A stretch of DNA of 64,000 nt, taken from the NCBI RefSeq assembly GCF_009914755.1, contig NC_060934.1, one strand, 5' to 3'. The position numbers and the translations under genes are program-made. This DNA is from the human T2T-CHM13v2.0 reference genome, Homo sapiens. A model generated the notes under the pieces. It did not search any database. It worked only from the letters and a program-made list of their open reading frames with translations, and was not told the DNA's origin. This document shows positions 1 through 14,704 of this stretch, one piece after another (position 1 is the first letter of the stretch; each line of letters begins with the position of its first letter).

Positions 1-617
1 TAAATCTCCCTAAATTTGGGGGATTTCCATTAAAATGATTATTTCAGATCCAGATTTGGTAGCCCTTGTTTCTGGATGTCATTAGATAGCAGTATTCATT
101 GTCTACTAAAACTACTCCTAGTCCATGATACCCACATCAGGTTATTTGCATCTGAGAGAATGCTTGACCTTCTGTGCTCCACTGCAGAGCAGGGTGGCGG
201 GGCCCTACCATATGCAACAACCTGCAGGGCACAGATACTGATCCTTTGGAGCTGATGCTGGTCAGTGGCCTGCACTGTGCCTAACAGTTATGTGGGTCAG
301 TAGGAAAGCAAACTCATGGGCTATCTCAATATGGTTTCAAGTTAAAAATAAAAGGATCCAGGGCACATCTTTGTTTTACCCACTGGAAATTACAAGCAGG
401 ATAGTTCATATTTTTCCTTATATATTGTGTCAAAGGCTGGAAGAGGATCAAGAAAAGTCACAAGCCATTTAATATGATTTTTGGCAGGTGTTGTCACAAG
501 ATTATATAAATTACAACAGATGACTATGTTCTCAGCCTGTGAGCTGTGAATATAGGTCAGGCTTGCAAATTATTAAGCAAAGCCATGCAAATGGACGTTG
601 CTTGCACATGCTAGAAT

Positions 618-1164
618 AGGACGACTAACTCATTCTGGTTTGGCAGAGATTTTTCTTATTTTAGTACTTGTCTTAATCCAATAAGTGTTGCTATAGAAGA
701 ATACCTGAGGCTGGGGAATTTATAAAGAAAAGAGGTTTATTTGGCTCACAGTTCTGCAGGCTGGGAAGTTCAAAAAGTATGGTGTTAGCATCTGCTCAGA
801 TTCTGGTGGGGGCTTTTTGTGCTATGTCATAACATGGTGGAAAATCTCAATGGTGAGTGGACACGTGGGAAGAGAAAAAACCCAAGGGGCATCCTGGCTT
901 TACAACAACCCATTCCTGCAGGAACATTCCCACAAGAACTAAATCCAGTCTCATGAGAGAGCTGGAGTGCACCAAGTCATTCATGAGGGATCTGTCTCTG
1001 TGACCCAAACACCTCCCACCAGGCACACCTCCCAACACTGCCACATTGGGGATCAAAGTTCAACATGAGTTTTGTTGGGGACAAACTCAAACCATAGTAG
1101 TACTGACTGTCCCAAATCCTGTGAAACCCCTGGGTCCCTGGCAAACCAGGAAGGTTGGTCACCC
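618..1164. mobile_element. hAT-Blackjack-type MITE (MER81/MER94-like) split by an MST LTR
   Basis: Degenerate terminal inverted repeats (aggacgactaac... / ...ggttggtcaccct); the two halves rejoin across the gtact duplication. Family assigned from memory. Confidence 0.5.
669..1099 (-). mobile_element. MaLR solo LTR (MSTB-like)
   Basis: Typical MST motifs (gttgctatagaagaatacctgaggctggg...ggctcacagttctgcaggctg...caaaccatag); 5-bp TSD gtact at 664-668 and 1100-1104. Confidence 0.8.
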
Positions 1165-2402
1165 TTGCTGGAGGCCTTCCTCCCAGGTGATATCCCTTAG
1201 CTGTGTATTCACATTTGGGGGTGAGGCACAAAACACTGACTGCAATGTCTGTGGGGGAGCGGGGCTTGTTGACTGATGGAGCTCACCACAGAGTGTCTGA
1301 GCATCAGGTCAGCTCCTCATTGAGGAAACCAGCACACATCAGCCACTGGAGGCCCTTTGTGTGGGACATTCCTTTTCTCCACAAATGAATCCTCCGGACT
1401 CTGGCCTGTAGATTGTAAATTAGGTTGCTCACTCTCTGGGGACTGGGGTCCCATCATTCAATATGTAGATTGTGGTTTAATCCTTGTGTTTAAGCTTGAC
1501 CTTACCTCCTCCTCCCAAACCTGTGTGGCTCAGACCTCCCATTCTGCAGTTTCTTCGGTTCAATTTATATGACAAATAACTCTCCTTTCTCCCCTGGGTG
1601 GAGGGGACCCCTGGCTGAAGAGGGTAGAGAAAGTGGCCTAGGGTTTCCACTTATGCCTCTGTTTTCCTGTTTACAGCCTCACACTGTACCTCACCTCTTT
1701 AAGTGTGGATCCTTTCTTAGACTCTGGGGGTGAAGTAGGGAGAATCCGTTGGCTTCTTCTTATTTTCTCCCTCTGGGGCATCCAAGTGAGAACATGCACC
1801 ATTCTGCCAAATTACCATTCCTTTGTATACTATCTCCAAAATACGTGTCCAAATTCTTGGTTGCTGTTTTCTCCTCTCCTGTCTCTATTGTCCTTGAAGA
1901 ATTTTACCTGTGCTCTTCCTCTACTGCCATTTTATTAGGATTTGGGGAGGGAGAGGAAATAAATTTGTGTTGCAAATCAACCATGTTTCATTGGACATCC
2001 ATTTCTCTAGCAGTCTCTCTCTTGGTAACACCCAGTGGGTGGATGTTGGCACTTCTGGAACTATCTTCCATGTCTATTATCTTTTCTTTTCTTTTCTACT
2101 TTCTATTTATTTATCCAAGTCTGCTGTTTTCAGGGAGGATTCCAATCTTTCAGTTCACCAATTATCTCTTCAGCTGCATACATTCCACTCCATAGCTCAT
2201 CCACTCAGGTGGTTTTATCTGTTTAAACTATGAATATATTTTTTGATTTTTATTCCCATGATCAGTAATACAAAATGAACACATTGTTCACCTCTAACAT
2301 CCCTAATTGATTCTTTTCCATCCTTTCTTATTTGAGAATATTCATTATACTTACTTCAAAGCACATTACTGGTTGTCTATTTGTTCTGTTTAATCTTCAG
2401 AT

Positions 2403-2652
2403 CTGGAGCCAGACAGCTGAGGTTAATCTGTGGCTTCTTATGTTAAGCTATGTGACTTTGGAAGAAGTTACTTAATCACGTGACACTTCAGTTTCTTCAT
2501 TTGTAAAATGGCAATAAAAATAGTCCTACCTTAAACTCTTATAAGGTAGGACTCTTGTAAGGTATTCATGTGTCTATTGCAAACATAAAATAGTCCCACT
2601 TTATGTTTGCAATAGCGCCTGACACATAAATGCTCAGTAAATATTAGCTATG
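2403..2652 (+). mobile_element. MIR SINE
   Basis: MIR core tgtgactttgg...ttacttaatc...cagtttcttcatttgtaaaatgg and 3' end aatgctcagtaaatattagct. Confidence 0.75.
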
Positions 2653-3715
2653 GTTATTATGTTTCCTCAGGTGGAAGTCTCCCTTTCATGGTGGTACTTC
2701 TCAAATGATATTTTTTGACAGTGGACTCATCTTTACGCATGAGATTTTCTGCAAGAAATCTGCTGGCCTAGCTTGCTGTGAGGGAGGGCTGGAAATCGCT
2801 GGATGAGCTTGTGCTCCATGTTGCTTTCAAGGAGAGTGCAGAACAGGCAGAGGCACTATCAGGTGGACCAGCTGTGCTCTCACAGCTGGTCTTTGGGATG
2901 TGGCTGCTACTTAACTCTTCCTTGGCTTTACCAGCCATATGGGGCCCTGTCCTGTCTTTCATTCCTAACACAGTTCATACCAGGAGACAGACACTGCTGT
3001 CCTGGTCATCTTGTCTGCCGGGGTGGGGTTGAGGGAGATATTCAGGGTCAATTCATCTAGCTCCTTCCACGGGGATACTTGTTTAACCCTCTGTCAGTAG
3101 TCCTTTGGTCCTGTCTTGTTCCAGGCATTCACCACCTCTGGGCATGGAATGCCTTGTTGCTGCTCCCACTATTGTAATATATACTGTAGTATATACACAC
3201 AAGGATACATGTAGTATGTCCTTGGCTGCTGCTCATGAGCTGGGCTGCAGTATCAAATCAGATCCTGTCTGCCTTTGGCTTCTCAGAAACGTGTCAGTGC
3301 TTCTGATTCTCTGAACATTTCCTGTTAACTTTCTGAGAACACTGATTTTTTCCTTCTCTGTCATTTCTGGAGGATGGGCCTGGGTGGAGAGATGGCAGCA
3401 TGCGCTCAGTCCACTATCGTGAAAAGGGAAGTCAGAAAATGTATAGAAAAGATAAGAAGTAAGCAGAATCTTGGGGAATGAGTAGGAGCAGCCAAAGTGA
3501 AAAGAGGAGAAAATGCTGTTGTAGGCTGGGGAGACAGCTTGAGCGAAGGTGTACAGATGGGAGACCACAGGGTAGGGTGAGGGGACACAAGCAATGCGAT
3601 GTTTCAAGAGAGGCAAGACTTGTAAGAAAGAAGCAGGGCATGATAGTCTTATGTATCAGGTTAAGGGGCTTCACTTTATTCTGGAGAGCCTCTGATGGTT
3701 TAAGAAAGTGACATA

Positions 3716-3850
3716 GGCTGGGTGCAGCGGCTCATGCCTATAATCTCAGCACTTTGGGAGGCTGAGGTGGGAGAATCGCTTGAGTCCAGGAGTTCAAGAC
3801 CAGCCTGGGCAACATACTGAGACTCCATCTCTTAAAAAAAAAAAAAAAAG
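3716..3850 (+). mobile_element. Alu left monomer (FLAM_C-like) within old L2-like sequence
   Basis: Single Alu arm plus poly(A); TSD aagaaagtgaca on both sides. Confidence 0.85.
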
Positions 3851-5215
3851 GAAAGAAAGAAAGTGACAAAGTCAGATATGCATCTTATCCACTGTGGAAG
3901 TTAGATTTGAGGGGTGTGAGACTAGAACCAAGAAAACCAGTTAGAAAGCTCCTGCAGAAGCCCAGGCTGGAAACTACAAGGGCCTGAAAATTACCACAGC
4001 AGTATGTAAGGGATGGAGACAAGGAGTCAGATTCAACAAATATTCAGGAAGCAAAATCTATGGATAAGGAGGATTTTCTAATACTGTTTTCTTTAAATAT
4101 CATAGAAAGGTACTTCAACCTTCTTCCACTGTGACCATATGCTTCTTTCTTTTCTTTTTAATTGCATTTTCTCCTTAAGTCGGCCATATGCTTTTTAAAA
4201 ATTTGCAGAAGTAAGCTATTTTGACTGCAGATAGTTAATCCCATTGGTACTAGCATGTAAATTTTTATGACTATAGTCAAAGTTGAAAATATTTCTATCA
4301 AGTTTCATATATGAGCTGTAAGATTACTGGGCATTTTAAGTTTTCTGCGCAGTGTCTAATCTTAGTACTTTTCAAATTGATAGAAGCATTATCCAGTTTA
4401 TCATGGATGGTCTTGTTGTAATAGTGGATTGAGTTTTATGTTGTCTTTGTAGATGTTAGTATTTCATATCAAGTTATAAAATTTAATCTTTCTTAGTGTG
4501 CACATCTAGAACTTGTGGACTTCATTGGGATAAAATACATCAGACAAGCTAAGATGCAATCAGATACAGTGAGATGCATAAGACATCTCATTTCACACAA
4601 AAGCATACTTCTATTTGCAATACTCCTCTAGTTCTGCCTTACTACACAGGAGCTCTAACAAAATACATTTACTGAAATTGCTCAAAAAAGACATATTTAT
4701 ATGTGTGTGTTATAAGTGTCTATATTGCACTATTGAGTATGTTCTCTACAGGAGAGAACTTCCATTTTAAATAGGCATGGATGTGAACAGGCTCACATGC
4801 TTAAAACTCTATACATATGATGGGGGAGAGAGTTTTCCATAGACTAGTTTCTGGCTCCATACTTGTTTCTCCTCCACTGCTGACATATTTCTGAAAGCAG
4901 GTGTTGGGGAAATGTTTATTATTTAGATATCATCTCCGACCCTGCTGGCTGAATCAGAACAATATTCCTGGAAGCCATTCCTACGCTGGAAGACTAGCAG
5001 TAATGCAACCACACACAGAAGTGACTGTAAACTACATAAAGCTGTCTCATGCCAAGCCAGATCCTAAAAATGCCTATGACCACTCCAACATGAGGGGCAC
5101 AAGGAGCAATGAGATGGAGGGGAAATCAGAGTGGAAAGAGCCAGCCATCTTAACTACAGTCAAGTGCTGCACGAGGACATTTCAGTCAATGACAGACCAT
5201 GTGGGACCCTGATGG

Positions 5216-5334
5216 TCAGGCAGGGGCACATGACAGGCAGGCGGCAGGGGCAGGAAGGACTAGCAGCTCTTCCCTGGCTAGCAGCGGGGGTTCTGCCTCC
5301 ACCTGCCTCCCCAGGACAGAAGCCAGATGAGCTG
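5216..5334 (+). repeat. 119-bp inverted repeat, arm 1 (partner 7525-7643)
   Basis: Reverse complement of 7525-7643, about 10 mismatches and no gaps by manual alignment; both arms give QEGLAALPWLAAGVLPP in the ORF track. Confidence 0.9.
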
Positions 5335-5635
5335 GACCATGATGGTCCCTTCAGATTATCATACCATATTTTTCCCGTACCTTTTCTGTGGTTAGGCATG
5401 TTTAGATAGACAAGTACTTGCCATGGTGTTACAATTGCCTAGCATATTCTGTACTGTAACACGCTGCAATGGCTTGTAGCCTAGAAGCGATAGGCTATAC
5501 CAGGCAGCCTAGGCATATAGTAGGCTCTACCATCTAGTTCTGTGTAAGTACACCTGATGACGTTTGCACAACAACAAAGTCACATAAGGATGCATTTCTC
5601 AGAACACATCCCTGTCATTAAGCAATGCATGACTG
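5335..5635 (+). mobile_element. Tigger3-type TcMar DNA transposon, one end only
   Basis: Ends in gcatttctcagaacacatccctgtcattaagcaatgcatgactg, matching the recalled Tigger3 terminus. Confidence 0.7.
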
Positions 5636-7524
5636 CATTTGCACTTAAAATCGCTTACTTTTGCAAAGTCTGTAAAAACATATTACCATGTCAAACATTG
5701 TTAAAGCCTCTCCCACCACGGCCTTGTAAGGAGCCCATGCAAGCAAGAGGCCCTGCAGTTTCCTGGTGAATCCATCTCTACTGACAGCATTTGAAAGATG
5801 ATTCTGGTAGAGAGAAATACAGTTGCTGTCAGATCTCTAGCTGGAATGGCTTGTCAGAATGTGGTACCCCAGTGGGAGACAGAACCCAGGAAAAAAGGTA
5901 CTAGTAGGCTGGTATTTATTGATACATCTGTAATTCTAGTACCACCCTCCTATTAAAGAAAATTCAAACAATCCAAAGGAATGCAGGGAAAGAGAAAAAA
6001 GAAACAACAAGAAAGCATATTGTACATGATATTCAAAATTTCAATGGTGTGACCTGTTTGCTGACTAGTTAGAATCTCGGAAAAGGTCCTAGAGGGTCTC
6101 CCTGTCACAAGCATTGACCAATTTTTTGCCAGATCAGAAGAAGGTCAGGGGTGGGGGCACTGTGGGGGTCTCAGGGGAGTGGCTATTTACCAAGAAGGAT
6201 GGAAGAATTCCAACTTGTAATAATTGATAGGGTTTTACCGATGTGTTCTAGAGCCTGCTGCTGGTTGTGTGGCCACATGGCTGGAGTTAGAGTCCCAGCT
6301 CTGGCAGAGGAGGCCTGGGTGAGGTTTGCAGGGGCTGAGTTCCTCTAGCTCAGGCCGTATAAGTAGCACAAATTCAACTTTTTATATTTATATTAATACT
6401 TACGATTTTTATATTAACGCTGTCCCCTATATAACCAAGTGTTTTCAGTCACAGTTCTTTGAGATGAGTGTTTATTTGAAGCTGGAGCCTTTATTTGCTC
6501 ACAGTCGCTGTTTCCTAACAAATAATACTCCAGCACCCACCTAACAGGTCCTCTGGAATTAGTAGACTTGAAAGCATCAGTAACACACCACGTGGTTTCA
6601 GAAGACCCTACCTACAGTTGGGAATCTGACAGGTGCATGATGTGGACTCCCCACAGGGCTCACAGGTCAAGGAACACGTGCTCCCCACCAGCAGAAGGCA
6701 GGCACTGGACTGGTGCATGTGGAGTGGGGCCCTGTTGCCTTGTAGGTGTGGGACATTTCAGCATGGGTCAAGTGTTCCCCACACCAGTCCCTCTGCCAGG
6801 GCCTCATGTGGACCACCCTAATTTATTGCCTTTTCAGCTCAATGAGGTAGATACTGTTGGCATCTCCTGTTTACAGACTGGAATCTGAGGCTCCAAGAGG
6901 CTTAGGGACATGCCCAGTGGCCTGCCCATGCTGGAGTCCCTCTGTCTTCTCCAGAGCCTACCCTTGCCCCCTGCACTGCTGCCCGGTGTCCTTGTCCATG
7001 TCAGAGTCTGCTGTCCCCTCCTCACTGTGTGCTTCCCGCCTCTAGGCTGGCACAAGGTAGCTACTTGGGAAATACTGGCGAAAGTTGGAACAAATGAATG
7101 AAGGAAGGAATGAAGTCTACATGGTCGAGGAAGTTGGGTGGCACAGGCTCAGGCCATATTTTGGAATAGTCGAGCCTTCTTGAAATCTAATGTCTGCCCC
7201 CACTTGACTGTTTCACGCAATTCCTTAAATTGTGACTATAGCGAAAAAAAGAGATGATCAATCCTGAGGTGATGATTTCCCTTAATAGCCCCTTGAGATA
7301 TGACCCCGAAGGCTCAGCTGGAGCTGCAGGGAGATGCCAACTGCATTGTTCACTGCCAGCCTGTAGGCTCAGAAGGGGGTGTTGGCAGAGAAGGAACCTC
7401 CCAGCCCAGGAGTCAGACTTTCCACTGGGAGCAGCCTGGGAAGCTTGCAGTCAGCTGAAAGTTCTCTCCCAAAACAGCATATGTGGCAGGTGCGTTCCCT
7501 AACTCCTGCAAGGTGACTTCAGAG

Positions 7525-7643
7525 CAGCTTATCTGGCTTCTGTCCTGGGGAGGCAGCTGGAGGCAGAACCCCAGCTGCTAGCCAGGGAAGAGCTGCTAGC
7601 CCTTCCTGTTCCTGCTGCCTGCCTGTCCTATGCCTCTGCCTGA
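7525..7643 (-). repeat. 119-bp inverted repeat, arm 2
   Basis: See 5216-5334. Confidence 0.9.
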
Positions 7644-8265
7644 GCACAGCTTTGTCTGGAGATCCTAAGCCCTGGCAGGGCTTTGTGCATGTGGTTCTAA
7701 AGGTGTCTGAAGCCCACTTCCCCAGAGAAAGAGACAGACACCATGAGAAGCTCCTCTGCCCAAGGCACCATTCCTGCTTTGACAGATACTCACACTCCAG
7801 AAGGCTTGTCGGAGGCATGCCAGCCACATTTGGTCCTTTCCTTTGCTCCGGTCCCTTTGTCTTACCTTGCCATCCTCCCTATTTATTCATGGAAACACCG
7901 CTGGAAGCCCCCAGGAGAAGACTCATGCTAGGCTGGGTGGATGCAGGGCAGCTGCAGTAGGTGGAAATGAAGCAAACCTAGAAGATTCCTACCCCAGGCT
8001 CCTGGATGTCCTGCTGAGGGGAGGGCCAGAGTGTGTTTGAAATACCAGCCTCATTCGTGCTCATACACAACATGCTTCAGTGGCCCTGCTCACCATACAC
8101 CATACACCATCCACAGAGCTCAGGAAAGACATCACATTCATTCGTGAGCCCAAAGGCATTGGGGTACAAGCCTGATGGGGTACAAGCTAAATATTGTCAC
8201 ATGCCACTAACCACAGGAAGTGTCTCCTGCCTCACCCAAAGACTCTGCTTGTCCAGGCCCCTACA

Positions 8266-8778
8266 GGTAGAGTTGCCAGGTAAAATGCAGAGCACCCTGT
8301 GGAATGTGAACTTCAGATAAACATTGAATAAATTTTTGGAATAAGCGTGTCCCAAATACTGCATACGACTCACTGAATAAACTACCTGTGTATCTGATAT
8401 TCAAATTAACTGGGCATCCTATATTTTTATTTTCTTTTTATTTTCTTTTTTTTTTTTTTTTGAGACAGAGTCTTGCACTGTCACTGGGGCTGGAGTGCAG
8501 TGGCACCATCTCGGCTCATTGCAACCTCTGCCTCCCAGGTTCAAGTGATTCTCCTTGCCTCAGCCTCCCAAGTAGCTGGGATTATAGGCACCTGCCACCA
8601 TGCCCCGCTAATTTTTTTTATATTTTTAGTAGAGATAGGGTTTCACTATGTTGGTCAGGCTGGTCTCAAACTCCTGACCTCGTGATCCACCTGCCTCGGC
8701 CTCCCAAAGTGCTGGGGTTACAGGCGTGAGCCACTGCACCCAGCCTATATTTTTATTTTCTAAACCCAGCAACCCTAA
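8266..8778. mobile_element. MER53-like hAT MITE interrupted by an Alu
   Basis: Ends tagagttgccag... and ...cagcaacccta with an internal palindromic body; Alu TSD tatatttttatttt lies inside it. Confidence 0.6.
8434..8745 (-). mobile_element. AluS (Sc-like)
   Basis: Full dimeric Alu, poly(T) on the left, cctcgtgatcc diagnostic, TSD tatatttttatttt. Confidence 0.9.
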
Positions 8779-9357
8779 GATTATTGAGCCATCACCGGTG
8801 TAGATAATTGAGGAATAACTAATAGCTATTGTCCATGACTCATTGTTTGGTTCCATAGGCTTCTAACTAAAAAAAAAAAAAAATCTTACCTGGACTATTA
8901 CATAATGACAGCTGTTCAGGGAAGTCCCCCAGCATCTACTCCTACAGATCTCAGGCACATCTTTGGTATATTCACCAGAATGATCTTTCTATGAGAAAAA
9001 TATGACAAGTTCAGGCCTAAATTCAATATTCCTTTACAGTTTCCTGTGTCTCTCATGAAAAACAAAAACAAAAGCTTACTGTGTTCACAAAGGCTTTGTC
9101 CCTGGAGCCCTCCACAACCCTCCTGCCTCACAATGGTTCACCGTAGGTTTCATGGCAGATGAAAGAGAGCGAACCAGAGAAGGTCAGTGTGCATTCACAT
9201 CCCAGGCCCAAGATGGGAGGAGGGAAGGGGTGCCCGGCTCAGTCCTTTCTCCTCCCTCCTTAACTGAGCTCCTGGGGTGGAGCTAAGAAATGAGATGGAA
9301 AAAATATAAATGTCATAAAAGGACAGATCAAATTTCCATCCTTCATAAATATAACTA

Positions 9358-9786
<429 letters not shown>

Positions 9787-9929
9787 TCATAAACCAGCAA
9801 TAGTTAATTTAAAATATGATAAAATAGTAACAATAGCAAATAAATGCATAAAGAAAGTAAAAATAATCCTCCCAAGAAATGAGAAGACATAAATTTTCAG
9901 AGTCTTATTTACTTATGAAGTTCGGAATA

Positions 9930-10289
9930 CACACGGTCCTGGATTTATGGAGGCTTGACTTAAAATTTATAGACTTCACATTGGTCCAAAAGCGATGTGA
10001 ATTCAGGAGAAGCCACACTTCAGGTACACATACAACCATTCATTCACCTCCAGTACAGTAGCCAATAAATTCCATGAGATAGTCAGCACCCTATTATAAA
10101 ATAGACCTTGTGTTAGATAGTTTTGCCTAACTGCAGGCTAACATAGGGTTCTGGGCATGGTTAAAGTAGTCTAGGCTCAGCTATGATGTTTGGTAGGTTA
10201 GATGTATTAAATGCATTTTCCATTTAAGATATCATTTTGCAATGTGTTTATCAGGACCTAACCACATCATAAGTCAAGGAACATTTGTA
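9930..10289 (-). mobile_element. MER47A-like Tigger MITE
   Basis: About 360 bp with terminal inverted repeats; a paralogous copy sits at 48032-48393, so it predates the duplication. Confidence 0.7.
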
Positions 10290-10989
10290 CATGCTTCTCC
10301 TTGTTTTTCTCTTAATTTACGGGAAGGCTCAATAATGTGTGTGCTGGGTCCCAAGCACATGTGGAATGGTGACCAGATTAAAAATTATCATTCAGAAAAG
10401 AATCAGAAATTATTCCCCTCATTCTCATCTGATTTTGTGGGTCTTGATCCAGAGCTTGCCTCTGCCCAAGAAAAGCAGTAAATCCACGAGAGAGAGTGTT
10501 CGCAGGTGTGAGGGTGGGAGTAGTGGGAGCCTTTCTGGAGGTGGGACACATACGTGGCTGCCTCCTCAAGCAATTGGGGACATTGTCTCAATCCTGCACA
10601 GCCCTGGGGTATGGGGCAGTGGTCCCATTTCAAGCCGACATGAGACTAGGATGGCTCACTGAGGCCTGGAACTGAGCCCTGAGTGCCAACATCACTGCTG
10701 GGCTGCAGAAATCATTCAGGTGGCTGCGCAGAGGACGGAAGGCATTATATCCCCACCCACAAATGCACCACATGGATTCAAGATGCCCATGTGTTCTTCC
10801 AAATGGTGTCTGTAGCTCCCCAACCTCCAGCAGCATCATAGCGAGGAGAGCAGGTTGCCCCTCCCATCAAACAAAGAAAGCACATCCTGAGATTGAATTT
10901 TCCAATCTTGAGGAAAGTGGGGGCTCAGAGCCAGAGTTCATTTCATTTACAAAAACAGAAATGTGATGTTTCTTGGAACCAAAGCTATG

Positions 10990-12342
10990 GAAACTCATGT
11001 GAACACACTAACGATTTATTATGCTTAAATCATCTTTATTCAGCTCAGGGGTGGGGTGGCTGGGAGCATGAACTTCAGGTCCAGGAAGATGGGTTTGGAT
11101 CCAGTCTTTGCCATTTGCTCTCTGAAATAACACTCAAAACATTTCACTCCTCTAAGCTTCAGTGTCCTTATAAAAAATTGGGTAAACAATACTGGTCCCG
11201 TGACATTGTGTAAAGATTGAATAGTACATAATAAACTGTATTAAAAGATTTTGTCAAGGTGTGTGGCACATGGTATGTGCTCGGTCAATAGCCTTTGTGT
11301 GTAGTAACGGCTCTGGTAGTAATTTTGCTAGCTGGAGAGATGGTAATAATTGTGACAGCAACAAGTATTTTTATCCCCATTTCACAGATGAAGATATAGG
11401 CTCAGGGAAAATAAATAAATATCCCCAAGAGTCACCGGGTACTGTGCCCACCCCAAGACACATCCTAAGACCTGGCACATGTTAATTTTAATGATTATCT
11501 GGGTGAATGTATTAATAAAAGGGGAAAGTGGAGCCGGTGGCATGGGGGGTGGTGTGAATGCCCACCGAGGTCTGAAGTGGGGTGCAGATTTGTTCATCAG
11601 CAGAAAGTTACTCGGGTCATGTCTGCAGTGGGGGGCTCTTCCCTAGAGGCCTTGGCCGGCTGCCTCCAGGTCAGGGGGCTGAGTTGGCATCCAAAGACTC
11701 AAAGGAGTGAATCGTACATGTCAGTCACAGGGTTGGCTTGGGCACCACCGTGCTGGGGCACCACTGGGCCCTCTGACCACCTGGAGAGCCTGACCAGGCC
11801 TGCCACAGAGACCTCAGAGTGCCAGAGAATCTCCACTGTGTCCTTAGCTCCACACAGTCAGGGCTTCCCTGAAATCTGCCTCTCTCTGTCATTATGCTTG
11901 GCCGGTACTGCTCATCCTGATGGCACTGGGCAGGCAGTGGGCTGCAGAGGCAGAGCTGAGGGGACCAGGAGGCAGGCACTCTGTGTGACTTTGGAGGATC
12001 CTTCTACCCCAAGGCCTCACTGCTGCCATCTGTAAGTGAAGGAACTGGACCAGATGGGGAATAAGGAGGCCTCCATCTCATGCCAAAGGCCAAGGCTAGG
12101 AGTGGCTGCCTGGGGTGCAGTGCTGGGATGGTTTGCAAGGGGAGTGTCAAGGCTGGTCAGTGATTATGGGGAAGAGTCAGGGCCCATCAGGGGAATGAAG
12201 TGGCTAAGGGTGCCTCCAGCTCTAATAGCCACAAGTGAATTCTGTTGAAAGGGAGTTCTAGCATCTCACAGACCAAGTGGATCCTGGGGATGGAAACTGA
12301 AGGCCAGACAGGATCCTCCCTGTCCCATGGCCTAAATGCCTC
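10990..12342 (-). other. SFTPA2: SFTPA2 3' UTR (about 1.35 kb, includes MIR fragments at about 11060-11410)
   Basis: Runs from the TGA at 12343 to tandem AATAAA signals; the cleavage site is approximate. Confidence 0.8.
11015..11040 (-). terminator. SFTPA2: Two polyadenylation signals (AATAAA at 11035-11040 and 11015-11020)
   Basis: tttatt occurs twice on the plus strand, about 1.3 kb past the stop codon. Confidence 0.8.
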
Positions 12343-12777
<435 letters not shown>

Positions 12778-13114
12778 TCACCTAGGGTCTCTGCTACCAG
12801 ATTCTCCCCAGTCTCTCCATCTCTGCCTCTCTCTGTGTCTTCTCTTCCTCTTCCAATTGCAGTTTTCTAAATTCACTTTTAGACTCTCCTCCATTTATTC
12901 ATTCATCTAAGTAACAATTACTTATTGCCAGAAATGGTGCAATTTCCTAGGATTCAGTGGAAAGCAAGACAGGCAGAGAACTTGCTTTCTTATGAAATGG
13001 GGAGTGAATTGTGTCTGCTTGTCTCCTCTTGGCCATTCAAAGACATCAGAAAAGCAAGCATCATTCCTTTCCCCAACACCTGCATGTGCACGCTTGTTTG
13101 TCATCTCTATTCTA

Positions 13115-13660
<546 letters not shown>

Positions 13661-13951
13661 TCACACCATCTGCCTGGATGCCTCGTCCGCATTCACCCTT
13701 CAGACTGCCCCCAGGGCCTCCATCCCAGGACATGCCTCCCCTGCCTCCCAGTGCTGTCCCTCGTCCCACACCTGACTCAGTGTGTCCCCATCAGCGGTCA
13801 TGAGGCACGGAGGACTTCCCACACCTGCCCTTCTCTGAATTGTGACCACACTCCCCAGACACCTCGGCTTTCTCCCTCAAATTCATATTCTCTTACTTAG
13901 GTTGAGCCAAATGCCCTTGGGGTACCTGCAGGGTTTGTCTGACCCCCATCA

Positions 13952-14194
<243 letters not shown>

Positions 14195-14371
14195 CTAATG
14201 AGACTCGATGCCCATTATCACCGGGGCTGGCTCAGCTATCACTCCGTGGGCACTATGAGGACAGACTCTCCAGGATGCGCCATCATAAGGGCCCCAGGAA
14301 CCCACCAGCCCTGCAGACTGAAGTCCCACCCAGCTTACTATAGCCCCCAGCTCACTATGGCCCACAGCCTA

Positions 14372-14704
<333 letters not shown>

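Noticed and set aside
1130-2400. ORFs at 1749-2233 as a membrane protein
   Set aside because: T-rich, probably decayed antisense L1-like sequence; the hydrophobic translation is compositional.
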